NCBI GenBank assembly: GCA_037379885.1
Contig: JARRJC010000002.1
Coordinates: 42,454-106,453, forward strand
Reading direction: 5' to 3'
From: Limibacillus sp.
GTDB taxonomy: Bacteria; Pseudomonadota; Alphaproteobacteria; Kiloniellales; CECT-8803
DNA: 64,000 nucleotides
The notes under the pieces are model-generated. The model was not told where the DNA came from, did no database searches, and was given only the letters and a program-made list of their open reading frames with translations. Shown here piece by piece: positions 1 to 9,912 of this stretch. Every line of letters begins with the position of its first letter. The stretch's first letter is position 1. The position numbers and the translations under genes are program-made.

Positions 1-1484
1 GAAAGACCGCGCAGGCCGCCCAGTTCCTCGCCGTTGCCAGCCCGGCCCGGGCCGCCGTGCACGCACTGCGGCATGACGATGGAATGGCCGGTGTGGTTCT
101 TGCCCACGGTCTCGTCCACCGCCAGCACGCGGCCGTGGTAGGGAGCGAGCCCCAGGGTCACGCGCTTGGCGAAGTCCGGATCGGCGGTGAAGAGGCTGGC
201 GACCAGCGAGCCGCCGGACCGGCGCACCAGGTCCAGCGCCTCGGCCTCGTCCCGGTAGGGGATCAAGGTGGCGGCGGGCCCGAAGACCTCGGTCTCGAAG
301 ACGGCCTTGGCGCTTCCGGGTTCCGCGCAGACCAGCAGGGTCGGGGCCAGGAAGGCCCCCTTCTCCCGGTCGCCGCCCTTGAGCGACGGCGGAAGGTCGC
401 CGCCGCAGACCACGTCGGTCTCGCCCGAGAGTTGGCTGAGGCCGGAGAGCGCGGCGTGCTGCTGGCGCTTGTTGATCAAGGGTCCCATGCGCACGCTCTC
501 GTCCGCCGGGTCGCCGACCTCGACGCCCGCCAGCTTGGCGGCGACGGCTTCCTGCAGCGCCGGAAGGGTCTCGGCGGCGACCAGCACGCGGCGGATGTTG
601 GTGCAGAGCTGGCCCGCCTTGACCGTGAGCGCCTTCACGACCTCCCGCACCATCAGGTCGAAGACGGCGTCGCCGGGCTTTGCGTCGGGCCCCAGGAGCG
701 TCGCGTTGACGCTGTCTGCCTCGATGGTGATGCGCGGCGCCGCCGCCATGACCTGGGGATGCTTGCGCAGCGACTGCGCGGTGTCGGAAGAGCCGGTGAA
801 GGCCAAGTGGTCGAAGGGCTGCAGGGCCTCCAGCAGCTCCTCGCCCGTGCCGCAGACCAGCGAGAGCGCGCCCTTGGGCAGGACCTTCGCCTCGACCACG
901 TCGCGCAGCATCTGGTGCGACAGCCAGGCCGTGGCGCTGGCCGGCTTGGCGACGGCGGGGACCCCCGCCAGCAGCGCGACGGCGGCCTTCTCCCAGAGTC
1001 CCCAGGCGGGGAAGTTGAAGGCGTTGATGTGCAGCGCCACGCCGGGCCGGGTGGTCCAGAGATGCTGGGCGAAGAAGACCTCGTCGCGCGCCAGTTGTTC
1101 GCGCCCCGGCTCCAGCACGGAACGCGCCGCGCCCAGCCCCTTGGCGTAGCGCGCATAGACCTTCAGCGTGCCGATCGCCCCGTCGATGTCGATAGCGGCG
1201 TCCAGCGCGGTGTTGCCGGAGTTGCGCCGCGCGATCTCGGCGTAGGCCTCGCGATTGGCGGTCAGGCAGTCCGCGACGGCGCGCAGCAGGCCGCCCCGCT
1301 CCTCGAAGGTCAGGGCTTGCAGTTCAGCGCCGCCGGTCTCCCGCGCGAAGGCCAAAGCGGCCTTGGCGTCGATACCCGTGGCGTCGACCTGCCCCAGGAC
1401 CTCGCCGCTGGTCGGGTTCACGAAATCGCGGCCCACGCCGCTTCCCTTCTTCCAGGCTCCCTCGACGTAGCTTTCCAGCTTCAT
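1..1484 (-). CDS. Aldehyde dehydrogenase, BoxD / PaaZ-N-terminal type (3,4-dehydroadipyl-CoA semialdehyde dehydrogenase-like). Partial: the C-terminus runs off the left edge.
   Basis: Absent from the ORF track because no stop lies in the window. My translation from ATG 1484..1482 gives MKLESYVEGAWKKGSGVGRDFVNPTSGEVLGQVDA... The same frame, spot-checked only at both ends, reads ...HGGPGRAGNGEELGGLRGL at nt 3-59. MKLxSYxxGxW and HGGPGRAG are typical of this ALDH subgroup. The ATG lies 3 nt after the stop of the upstream hydrolase gene. Confidence 0.75.
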   Translation of the reverse strand, partial: MKLESYVEGAWKKGSGVGRDFVNPTSGEVLGQVDATGIDAKAALAFARETGGAELQALTFEERGGLLRAVADCLTANREAYAEIARRNSGNTALDAAIDIDGAIGTLKVYARYAKGLGAARSVLEPGREQLARDEVFFAQHLWTTRPGVALHINAFNFPAWGLWEKAAVALLAGVPAVAKPASATAWLSHQMLRDVVEAKVLPKGALSLVCGTGEELLEALQPFDHLAFTGSSDTAQSLRKHPQVMAAAPRITIEADSVNATLLGPDAKPGDAVFDLMVREVVKALTVKAGQLCTNIRRVLVAAETLPALQEAVAAKLAGVEVGDPADESVRMGPLINKRQQHAALSGLSQLSGETDVVCGGDLPPSLKGGDREKGAFLAPTLLVCAEPGSAKAVFETEVFGPAATLIPYRDEAEALDLVRRSGGSLVASLFTADPDFAKRVTLGLAPYHGRVLAVDETVGKNHTGHSIVMPQCVHGGPGRAGNGEELGGLRGL

Positions 1485-1487
1485 CAC

Positions 1488-2324
1488 CTATCGTCCCTCT
1501 CTGATGTTCGCGGCGGCGGGTTCCGCCGCCAAGGTCTTGCCGGGTCCCTCCAGGAACCGAGAAACGGCGGCCAGCGTCGCTTCGGGCTGTTCCTTGAAGG
1601 GGGCGTGTTTGCAATCGGGCAGCAGAACCAGTTCGACCGGGCCGCCCGCCTTCTCGGCCACCACCTCGACCTGACGGGCGGTGCCGTACTGATCGTCCTC
1701 GCCTTGAAGCGCCAGGATCGGCTGGCGGATGCCCGGCAGGAACTCTTCCAGGTTCCACTCCAGAAAGCCGGGGTCGAGCCAGGCGCCGTTCCAGCCCCAG
1801 AAGGCGCAGTCCACGTTGTCGCCGTGGTAGCGCTTCAGACGCTCGCGCAGCTCGGTGGTCTCGTAGGCGGTCTTGGCCTCCGCGATCGAAGCGACGGTGA
1901 TCTCCTCGGTGAAGAAGTGCGGCGCCATCAGGATCAGGTTCTCGACCCTCGGGTCCTCGTGCGTACCGGCATAGACCGCCGCGATGGACGCGCCGTCGGA
2001 ATGGCCGAAGAGCGTGCCCTGCTGAAAGCCCATGGCCTCCAGCACCAGCGGCAGCACCTCCCGGCCCTCCTCATGCATGTAGGTGAGCGGACGCGGGACC
2101 GCGCAGGGGCTGGAGCCGCCATAGCCCTGGCGCGAGTAGACGAAGACGCCCCGCCCCGTGGCCTCGGCCAGACGGTCCGGGAAGTCGCGCCACATGCCGA
2201 CGCAGCCCAGCCCTTCGTGCAGCAGCACGATGGTCGGTGCGTCGCCGGGCCGTGGCCCGATCATGCGGTATTCCAGCTCGGCGCCGCCGACCGTCAGCAG
2301 ACCCTGATCCTTCAGATCTTTCAT
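1488..2324 (-). CDS. Alpha/beta-fold hydrolase (serine hydrolase)
   Basis: ORF-track protein MKDLKDQGLLTVGG... It has an HEGLG oxyanion-type motif and a GHSDG nucleophile elbow. ATGA start/stop overlap with the ligase gene. Confidence 0.85.
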   Translation of the reverse strand: MKDLKDQGLLTVGGAELEYRMIGPRPGDAPTIVLLHEGLGCVGMWRDFPDRLAEATGRGVFVYSRQGYGGSSPCAVPRPLTYMHEEGREVLPLVLEAMGFQQGTLFGHSDGASIAAVYAGTHEDPRVENLILMAPHFFTEEITVASIAEAKTAYETTELRERLKRYHGDNVDCAFWGWNGAWLDPGFLEWNLEEFLPGIRQPILALQGEDDQYGTARQVEVVAEKAGGPVELVLLPDCKHAPFKEQPEATLAAVSRFLEGPGKTLAAEPAAANIREGR

Positions 2325-3868
2325 TCAGACCCCTCGCGCAGCTTGAAGCGCTGGATCTTGCCGGTGGCGGTCTTGGGCAGCCCCTCGACGAAGACGATCT
2401 CGCGCGGGTACTTCCACTTGCCGATCTGCTCCTTCACATGCTCCTTCAGAAGGTCGTACTTGCCCTCGGCCTTCTCGCCCTCCTTCAGGACCACGTAGGC
2501 TTTCGGCTTGGTCAGACCCTCCTCGTCCTCATAGGGAACGACGGCCGCTTCCAGCACCGATACGTGGGAGATCAGGGCCGACTCGACCTCGAAGGGCGAA
2601 AGCCAGATGCCCGACACCTTGAACATGTCGTCCGTACGTCCGCAGTAGACCAAGCGGCCAGCCTCGTCCCGGACGTACTTGTCACCCGTACGCGTCCAGG
2701 CGCCCTCGAAGGTGTTGCGGCTTTTCTCCAGCTGGTTCCAGTAGGCGGTCGCCGAGGAGGCGCCGCGCACCAGAAGCTCGCCGACCTCGTCCACGCCTTC
2801 GACGTCCCGGCCTTTCTCATCGACCAGGCGCAGGTCGTAGCCGGGGACGGCCACGCCCGAGGTCCCGTAGACCACGTCTCCAGGCGCATTGGAGAGGAAG
2901 ATATGGAGCATCTCGGTCGAGCCCACGCCGTCCAGGATGTCCACGCCAAAGCGCTTCTTCCAGTTTTCCCCGACCTCCTTGGGCAGAGCCTCGCCCGCGG
3001 AAACGCAGAGCCGCAGCTTGGGCGAGCCGATCTCCGGCCCGCTGCCGGGATGGGCCAGCATGGCGGCGTAGAGCGTCGGCACGCCGTAGAAAATCGTCGG
3101 CTGGTGCTTGGCCAGCATCTCGAACATGTCCTTGGGCGTCGGGCGGCCCGGCCAGAGCACCGTGGTCGCGCCGACCGACAGGGGGAAGGACATGCCGTTG
3201 CCGAGGCCATAGGCGAAGAACAGCTTGGCGGCGGAGAAGACGACATCGTCCTCGCGGATGCCCATCACGCCCTGACCATAGAGCTTCGCCGTTTCCATCA
3301 GGCTGGAATGCACGTGCGTCACGCCCTTGGGCATGCCGGTCGAGCCGGAGGAGTAGAGCCAGAAGGCGGTCTCGTCGCAGCAGGTGTCCGCCGCCTCGAA
3401 ACTGTCGGACTGTTGGGCCAGCTCCGCGCCGAAGTCCCGGTGCCCTCCGGCTTCTCCGCCGACCTGGAAAAGGGTCTTCAGGCGCGGCAGGTCCGCCAGC
3501 ACCGGCGCCACGGTCGGCTCCAGCAGCGCCGAGACGAAGAGCGCCTTCACCCGCGAATCGCTGAGGATGTAGCGATACTGCTCGGTCGAAAGCAGGGTGT
3601 TGATCGCGACCGGCACCACGCCCGCCTTGATCGCGCCCCAGAAGACCGTCGGGAAGTCCACCGTGTCGAGCATGATCATGGCGACGCGGTCCTCGGGTTC
3701 CAGCCCGCTGGCCCGCAAGAGGTTCGCGACCCGGTTCGCCCCGGCCTGAAGCTCCGCGTAGGTCAGGCTGCGCTCCGGGTCGATGAAGGCGGTCTTGTCG
3801 CCGCGCCCTTCCGCGACGTTGCGGTCCAGGAAGTCAGTGGCGGCGTTGTATTGCCTTGGATAGCTCAT
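2321..3868 (-). CDS. Aryl-CoA ligase, benzoate / 4-hydroxybenzoate-CoA ligase-like (AMP-forming)
   Basis: ORF 2321..4036 trimmed to ATG 3868 (MSYPRQYNAATDFLDRNV...), which follows a GGGAGGGA SD. AMP-binding motifs YSSGSTGMPKG and TGDKY are present, and the C-terminus reads ...PKTATGKIQRFKLRE. Confidence 0.85.
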   Translation of the reverse strand: MSYPRQYNAATDFLDRNVAEGRGDKTAFIDPERSLTYAELQAGANRVANLLRASGLEPEDRVAMIMLDTVDFPTVFWGAIKAGVVPVAINTLLSTEQYRYILSDSRVKALFVSALLEPTVAPVLADLPRLKTLFQVGGEAGGHRDFGAELAQQSDSFEAADTCCDETAFWLYSSGSTGMPKGVTHVHSSLMETAKLYGQGVMGIREDDVVFSAAKLFFAYGLGNGMSFPLSVGATTVLWPGRPTPKDMFEMLAKHQPTIFYGVPTLYAAMLAHPGSGPEIGSPKLRLCVSAGEALPKEVGENWKKRFGVDILDGVGSTEMLHIFLSNAPGDVVYGTSGVAVPGYDLRLVDEKGRDVEGVDEVGELLVRGASSATAYWNQLEKSRNTFEGAWTRTGDKYVRDEAGRLVYCGRTDDMFKVSGIWLSPFEVESALISHVSVLEAAVVPYEDEEGLTKPKAYVVLKEGEKAEGKYDLLKEHVKEQIGKWKYPREIVFVEGLPKTATGKIQRFKLREGSE

Positions 3869-3911
3869 GATCGTTCCCTCCCGAGGAACCGTTTTCTTTG
3901 CGTCGTTTGCT

Positions 3912-4379
3912 TTATTTGCCGGTGAATTCGATCTCGCCGTCCGGCAGCAGGTAGAGCACGTAGGCCGAGCCCTTCGTGACGGTCGGCCAGTGCGCGCTGC
4001 CCGGCTCGTGCAGGTACCAGCCGCGCGGAAAGCCATCGAACTCAGCCGGCCCCTCGATCGGCATGATCATCCCGATCTCACCCTTCGGATGGACGTGATG
4101 GGGGCCCGCGCAGGGCTCCATGCGCACCACGTCCACGGAGAATCGGCCCGCGGCCCCGCCGGGCTTGATGGGGCGGCTGAACTTGATGCCGCCCGCCTCG
4201 CGCCCGCAGACCCAGCCCTCGGCCTCGCCCTCGCGGCAGAGCGCCTCGACGGCTTTGAAATCTTCCCCGTCGGGCGGGAAGCTGGCGGTCAGATGCGCGG
4301 CGAGATCCTGATCCAGAGGGCGCTCGCCGATGGTCTCGGCGATACGGCCCATGATGTCGTCGAACTGTTCTCGGCTCAT
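3912..4379 (-). CDS. DUF4863-like cupin-fold protein, function unknown
   Basis: ORF 3912..4649 trimmed to ATG 4379 (MSREQFDDIMGRIAE...), preceded by a GGGAGAA SD. Cupin-like HHVHPKGE and PGSAHWP motifs are visible. Confidence 0.7.
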   Translation of the reverse strand: MSREQFDDIMGRIAETIGERPLDQDLAAHLTASFPPDGEDFKAVEALCREGEAEGWVCGREAGGIKFSRPIKPGGAAGRFSVDVVRMEPCAGPHHVHPKGEIGMIMPIEGPAEFDGFPRGWYLHEPGSAHWPTVTKGSAYVLYLLPDGEIEFTGK

Positions 4380-4395
4380 CGCTGGTTTCTCCCTC

Positions 4396-5175
4396 TCAAG
4401 TCTTCTTGGCGGCGTTGAAGTCGGGGCGGCGCTTCTCCTTGAAGGCCGCCAGCCCCTCGGCGAACTCGGGCGAAGCGAAGCAAAGGCTTTGGGCCGTCGC
4501 CTCGCTCTCCAGGGCGGCGCGCAAGAGATCGGGCGGCAGGCGGAAGTGCCGCTTGACCGCCGCCACCGCCGGGCCCGCGCCCTCGGCGAGACGGGCGGCG
4601 AAGGCTTGCGCCGTCTCCAGCGGGTCCTGGGCGGCCAGTTCATCGGCAAGGCCGGCGGCCAGCGCGGCTTCCGCCTCCAGACGCCCGGCCTCCCAGCAGA
4701 GGCGCCGCGCCTCCGCCGCGCCCAGCCGCAGCGGCAGGGTCAGCGTGAGCCCCCAATCGGGCGCCAGGCCGATCTTCGCGAAGGACAGCGTGAAGCAGGC
4801 GTCCGGCCCCGCGATGACGCGGTCCGAGAGCAGCGCGAGCCCGACCCCAGCCCCAGCGGCATGGCCGGAAACGGCGGCGATCACCGGCTTGGCGCAGGCG
4901 GCGACGGCCAGCGCCGTGTCCCGAACCTCGGCCAAGCGCGCGGTGACGGCTGCCTGATCCATGTCCTGCATGGAGCCGAGGTCGCCCCCGGCGCAGAAAT
5001 GCCCGCCCGCACCGGTCAGCACCACGGCTGTCACCGCGTCATCGGCGGAGGCTGCGGCGAAAGCGGCCCGAAGCTCGGCGCGCAGTTCCCCATCGATGGC
5101 GTTGCGCGCTTCGGGCCGGTTGAGGGTTAGCGTGAGGACGCCGTTTGCGGCCTGCTCTTTCAAGAGAACGCTCAT
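4396..5175 (-). CDS. Enoyl-CoA hydratase/isomerase (crotonase) family protein
   Basis: ORF 4396..5718 trimmed to ATG 5175 (MSVLLKEQAANGVLTLTLNRPEARNAIDG...FCAGGDL...). GGAGG SD upstream. ATGA overlap with the upstream dehydrogenase gene. Confidence 0.88.
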   Translation of the reverse strand: MSVLLKEQAANGVLTLTLNRPEARNAIDGELRAELRAAFAAASADDAVTAVVLTGAGGHFCAGGDLGSMQDMDQAAVTARLAEVRDTALAVAACAKPVIAAVSGHAAGAGVGLALLSDRVIAGPDACFTLSFAKIGLAPDWGLTLTLPLRLGAAEARRLCWEAGRLEAEAALAAGLADELAAQDPLETAQAFAARLAEGAGPAVAAVKRHFRLPPDLLRAALESEATAQSLCFASPEFAEGLAAFKEKRRPDFNAAKKT

Positions 5176-6686
5176 CCCGCCGCCTCCGTCAGAAGCGAGA
5201 GGCCGAGCTCGGCGCGGCGGCGCAGCCAGAGCGAGGGGCGATAGCGCGGGTCGCCGGTCGCCACCTCCAGGCCGCGCAGGATCTCCAGCACCCGCTCCGG
5301 CCCCAGGGCGTCGCCCCAGGCCAAGGGGCCGTGAGGATAGCCGAGGCCGAGGGTGACGGCGGCGTCGATGTCGTCCGGCGCGGCAATCCCCAGTTGGGCG
5401 ATCTCCGAGGCGAGGTTGACGATGCTGGCGACCAGCCGTTGCATCAGCAGGCCGGGCGAATCCTCGATCAGGGTGGCGGGCGTGCCGTCCTTGCGCGCCA
5501 GCGCCAGGGCCTCGCCTGCCTTTTCCGGCAAGGTCGCCGGGTTTGCCGCGAGCGTTCGGTGGCTCTCCAGCCCGAAGACCACATCCATGCCCAGCGTGTG
5601 CCGGGGATCGAGGCCGAGCCGCGCGCAGAGAGAGGAGACGTCCTCGCCCAGCGGGGCCACCAGCACCAGCGCCGCATCGCCCGGCGGCAGCAGATCGAGC
5701 CCTTGGGCCCGCGCCCAATCGCGCAGCGCCTCGGCGGCCCAGCCCTCTCCGCCAACCGCGATGTTGGCGGGGGCCTTGCCGCTCGGCTCCTCCGGCAGCG
5801 CGGGCTCCAGCTTCTTTCCGTCCTCGCCGTAGCGGTAGAAGCCCTCGCCCGTCTTGCGTCCCAGCAGGCCGGCCGTCAGGCGGCGGCGGCCAATCTCGGC
5901 GGGCTTCAGGCGCGGCTCCTCATGAAAGCCGTGATAGATCGATTCCATTACGGGGATGGAGACGTCCAGCCCCGTCAGGTCCAGAAGCTCGAAGGGGCCC
6001 ATGCGGAAGCCGCCGGCCTCGCGCGCCACGCGGTCCACCGCCGCCGGCGGGGCCACACCCTCCTGCAAGAGACGCAACGCCTCGGTCCCGTAAGCCCGGC
6101 CCGCGTGGTTCACCAGGAAACCCGGGGTATCGCCGACCTTAACGCCGCGATGGCCGGTGGCCGCGACCAAGGCGGCAAGGCGCTCGGTGACCTCCGGCGC
6201 GCTCAGCTCCCCGGCGACGATCTCCACCAGTTTCATGAGCGGCACGGGGTTGAAGAAATGCAGGCCCGCGACCCGTTCGGGCCGCGCGCAGGCCGCGGCG
6301 ATCGCCGTGATCGAAAGCGAGGAGGTGTTGCTGGCGAGGATCGCATCCTCCGCGACGACGCCTTCCAGTTCGGTGAAGAGCGCGCGCTTGACCTCCAGCT
6401 TCTCGACCACCGCCTCGATCACCAGATCGCAGTCCTTGAACTCGGTGAGGGCGGAGGCGGCTTGGAGACGGCCCTGCGCCTCGGCCATCTGCGCTTCGGT
6501 CATGCGGCCTTTCTCGACCAGGCGCCGCCAGATCGCGGTCACCGCCTCGCGCGCCGCCGCGACGGCCTCGCCCTCGATGTCGTAGAGCCGGGCCTGGACG
6601 GAGTTCTGGGCCAGAAGCTGGGCGATCCCGCGGCCCATGGCCCCGGCGCCCACGATCCCGACTTTTCCTATTGCTCCGGCGGTCAT
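5172..6686 (-). CDS. 3-hydroxyacyl-CoA dehydrogenase, long form (PaaH / 3-hydroxyadipyl-CoA dehydrogenase-like)
   Basis: MTAGAIGKVGIVGAGAMGRGIAQ... carries a Rossmann GxGxxG motif. The length is about 500 aa. I placed the start at ATG 6686 (GGGGGAG SD 8 nt upstream) rather than the track GTG at 6695, which abuts the SD. Confidence 0.88.
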   Translation of the reverse strand: MTAGAIGKVGIVGAGAMGRGIAQLLAQNSVQARLYDIEGEAVAAAREAVTAIWRRLVEKGRMTEAQMAEAQGRLQAASALTEFKDCDLVIEAVVEKLEVKRALFTELEGVVAEDAILASNTSSLSITAIAAACARPERVAGLHFFNPVPLMKLVEIVAGELSAPEVTERLAALVAATGHRGVKVGDTPGFLVNHAGRAYGTEALRLLQEGVAPPAAVDRVAREAGGFRMGPFELLDLTGLDVSIPVMESIYHGFHEEPRLKPAEIGRRRLTAGLLGRKTGEGFYRYGEDGKKLEPALPEEPSGKAPANIAVGGEGWAAEALRDWARAQGLDLLPPGDAALVLVAPLGEDVSSLCARLGLDPRHTLGMDVVFGLESHRTLAANPATLPEKAGEALALARKDGTPATLIEDSPGLLMQRLVASIVNLASEIAQLGIAAPDDIDAAVTLGLGYPHGPLAWGDALGPERVLEILRGLEVATGDPRYRPSLWLRRRAELGLSLLTEAAG

Positions 6687-6691
6687 GCCCG

Positions 6692-7479
6692 TCACTCCCC
6701 CTTGAAGGCGGGTTTGCGCTTCTCGAGGAAGGCGGCCATGCCCTCCTTCTGGTCCGCGCTGTCGAAGAGCTTCTGGAAGGCGGCGCGCTCCACGGCCAGC
6801 GCCTCTTCGAGCGGCAGGTCTGCGGCCTCCGCGATGCTGCGCTTGATCGCCGCCTGCGCCAGGGGCGCGCCCTTGGCGAGCTTGCCGGCGACCTCCAGCG
6901 CGAAGGGCAAGGCGTCGCCCTCGACCCGCCAGGAGGTAAGGCCCCAGGCCTCCGCCGTTGCGGCGTCGATGATCTCTCCGGTCAGGGTCAGGCGGTGGGA
7001 GCGCGCCTTGCCCAGCGCGCGCACCAGACGCTGCGTGCCGCCTGCGCCCGGCATGATGCCGAGCCGCACCTCGGGAAGGCCGAACTGCGCCGTTTCGCCC
7101 GCGACCAGCAGATCTGCGATCAGCGCCAGCTCGCAGCCGCCGCCCAGCGCGTAGCCGTTGACGGCGGCGATCAGCGGTTGCGGCAGGGCGCTCATGGCCT
7201 GCCAGTATTGCTCCAGCGCCAGGTCCCTGACCTCGGCTGCGGACTTGTCGGCGAGCAGGCGGATGTCGGCCCCGGCGGCGAAGACCTCCGGCCCGCCGGT
7301 CACGACCACGGCGCGGACCGACGCATCCCCGGCCAGACGCCGGGCGGCCTCCGCCAGGGCCTGGCGCAGCTCCAGATTGAGCGCGTTCCTCGCCTCCGGC
7401 CGGTTCAGGGTCAGCAGCACGACGGCGGCCGAGCCGGTGACCTCGGGATCGCGGGTTTCTGTCAGCAGGCTTTCAGTCA

Positions 7480-7480
<1 letters not shown>
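6692..7480 (-). CDS. Enoyl-CoA hydratase (crotonase family)
   Basis: ORF 6692..8218 trimmed to ATG 7480 (MTESLLTETRDPEVTGSAAVVLLTLNRPEARNALN...GGGCELAL...). One-nt TGATG overlap with the upstream ATPase gene. Confidence 0.88.
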
Positions 7481-8172
<692 letters not shown>

Positions 8173-8177
8173 CGCGC

Positions 8178-8918
8178 CTAGTCCTCCACGCCGCCCAGGT
8201 AGATCTCCTGCACCACATCGGAGCCGCGCACCTCCTGCGGCGTTCCCTCCATCAGCACCTGCCCGTAGTTCAGCACGGTGATGCGGTCGGCGTGGGTGAA
8301 GACCAGATCCATGTCGTGTTCGATCAGAAGGACGGCCAGGTCGCGCGGCAGGTCGTCGACGAGGCGCAGCATGCGGCCCGTCTCCTCCGGGCTCATGCCC
8401 GAGGTCGGCTCGTCGAGCAGCAGGACCTTGGGCCGCGCGATCAGCGCGAGCCCGACTTCCAGCTGGCGCTGCGCGCCGTAGGAGAGCTCGGAGACCTGCC
8501 GTTCGAGTTCCTCCGACAGCCCGACCTGCTCGGCGATGGCCTCGGCGCGTTCATGCGCCGCGCGCTCCTTGGACAGCAGCGGCCAGAAGCGCTTGCCGGT
8601 GCCCCAGGCGGCCATGTCGGCAAGCAGCAGGTTGTTGCGCACCGACTGCGACTGGAAAAGGTTGTTGCGCTGGAAGGAGCGGGCGAGGCCGAGCCGCGCG
8701 CGCTTGTCCGGCGAGAGCCGCGTCGCATCGCGGCCGCCGATCTCGATCCGGCCGGAGGTCGGGCGCAGCTCCCCGGCGATCAGGTTGAAGAGCGTCGTCT
8801 TGCCCGCGCCGTTGGGCCCGATGATGGCGTGGCGCACGCCCTGCGGCACCTCCAGAGAGACCTCGCGGGTCACCTGCAGCGCGCCGAAGGATTTCACCAG
8901 GCGGTCAAGACGCAGCAT
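8178..8918 (-). CDS. ABC transporter ATP-binding protein, LivG type
   Basis: Walker A GPNGAGKTT, signature LSYGAQRQLEVGLAL, Walker B LLLDEPTSGM. Confidence 0.93.
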   Translation of the reverse strand: MLRLDRLVKSFGALQVTREVSLEVPQGVRHAIIGPNGAGKTTLFNLIAGELRPTSGRIEIGGRDATRLSPDKRARLGLARSFQRNNLFQSQSVRNNLLLADMAAWGTGKRFWPLLSKERAAHERAEAIAEQVGLSEELERQVSELSYGAQRQLEVGLALIARPKVLLLDEPTSGMSPEETGRMLRLVDDLPRDLAVLLIEHDMDLVFTHADRITVLNYGQVLMEGTPQEVRGSDVVQEIYLGGVED

Positions 8919-9906
8919 CGTCCGCCTCCTTCGCCGCGGCCAGCGCGTCGCGGCGTGTCTTGCCGCTGACCAGATCCCAGCCCCACTCCAGCCATCCGAG
9001 CAGGCCGTTGCGCCCGCCCAGAACGATGGCGATCAGGAACAGCCCCATCCAGAAGCCCCAGTACTGCGTGTACTCGCTGAGCTCATGGCGCAGCAGCACC
9101 AGGGTCGCAGCGCCGATCACCGGCCCGACCAGCGTGCCCAGTCCGCCCAGGATGATCATCACCAGCACCTCGCCGGAGGTGGTCCAGTGCAGCAGGTTCG
9201 GTGAGATGAAAAGCGTGTGCTGCGCGGTCAGGGTGCCCGCGAACCCGGCGATCATGCCGGAGAGCGCGAAGGCCGAGGTCTGATAGGCGCGCACCGGAAG
9301 ACCGAGCGCGCGCAGGCGGCCGGGGTTGTCGTGCAGCCCGGCCAAAACCTTGCCGTAGGGCGAGGCCAGAAGCCGGAGCAGCAGCAGGTAGATGACCGCA
9401 GCCGCGACGATCACGAAGAGCGCGAAGCTCGCCGGGTCCATCAGGTCGACGCCGATGAAGCCCAGGTCCAGCCGGTCGATCCCGGCAAAGCCGTCGTCGC
9501 CGCCGAGGGTGCGGTTCTGGAAAAAGAACTCGTAGCCCATCTCGCCGATGGCCAGCGTGATCATGATGAAGAATATGCCCTGGACGCGCGTCACGACACT
9601 GCCGACGATCAGCGCGATCAGGCCGGTGAGCGCCGTGGAGGTCGCCATGGCCAGCCAGACCGGCCATTCCAGCACCACGGAGAAGTAGGCCAGCAGGTAG
9701 GCGCCGGTCCCAAAGAGCGCGGCATGGCCCAGCGAGACCAGACCGGCGTAGCCCGCGATGATGTCCAGGCTCATGGCCAGGATCGCGAAGACGCCGATCT
9801 CGGCGATGATCTCGAAGCCGAAGTAGTCCGCCTGACTCCAATAGCCGACCATCGCCAGGAGTACGAGGAAGGCCAGGACCTGCCGGAAGAGCCTGCGCTG
9901 TTCCAT
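8905..9906 (-). CDS. Branched-chain-amino-acid-type ABC permease, LivM type
   Basis: 333-aa polytopic membrane protein (MEQRRLFRQVLAFLVLLAMVGYW...). Its 3' end overlaps the downstream LivG-type gene by 14 nt. Confidence 0.9.
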   Translation of the reverse strand: MEQRRLFRQVLAFLVLLAMVGYWSQADYFGFEIIAEIGVFAILAMSLDIIAGYAGLVSLGHAALFGTGAYLLAYFSVVLEWPVWLAMATSTALTGLIALIVGSVVTRVQGIFFIMITLAIGEMGYEFFFQNRTLGGDDGFAGIDRLDLGFIGVDLMDPASFALFVIVAAAVIYLLLLRLLASPYGKVLAGLHDNPGRLRALGLPVRAYQTSAFALSGMIAGFAGTLTAQHTLFISPNLLHWTTSGEVLVMIILGGLGTLVGPVIGAATLVLLRHELSEYTQYWGFWMGLFLIAIVLGGRNGLLGWLEWGWDLVSGKTRRDALAAAKEADDAAS

Positions 9907-9912
9907 GACCGC

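Noticed and set aside
57-2498. 813-aa plus-strand ORF covering the ALDH, hydrolase and ligase genes.
   Set aside because: It is antisense to three proteins with clear family motifs. Its product is Arg/Gly/Ala/His-rich low-complexity sequence with no SD. This is the typical GC-rich shadow ORF.
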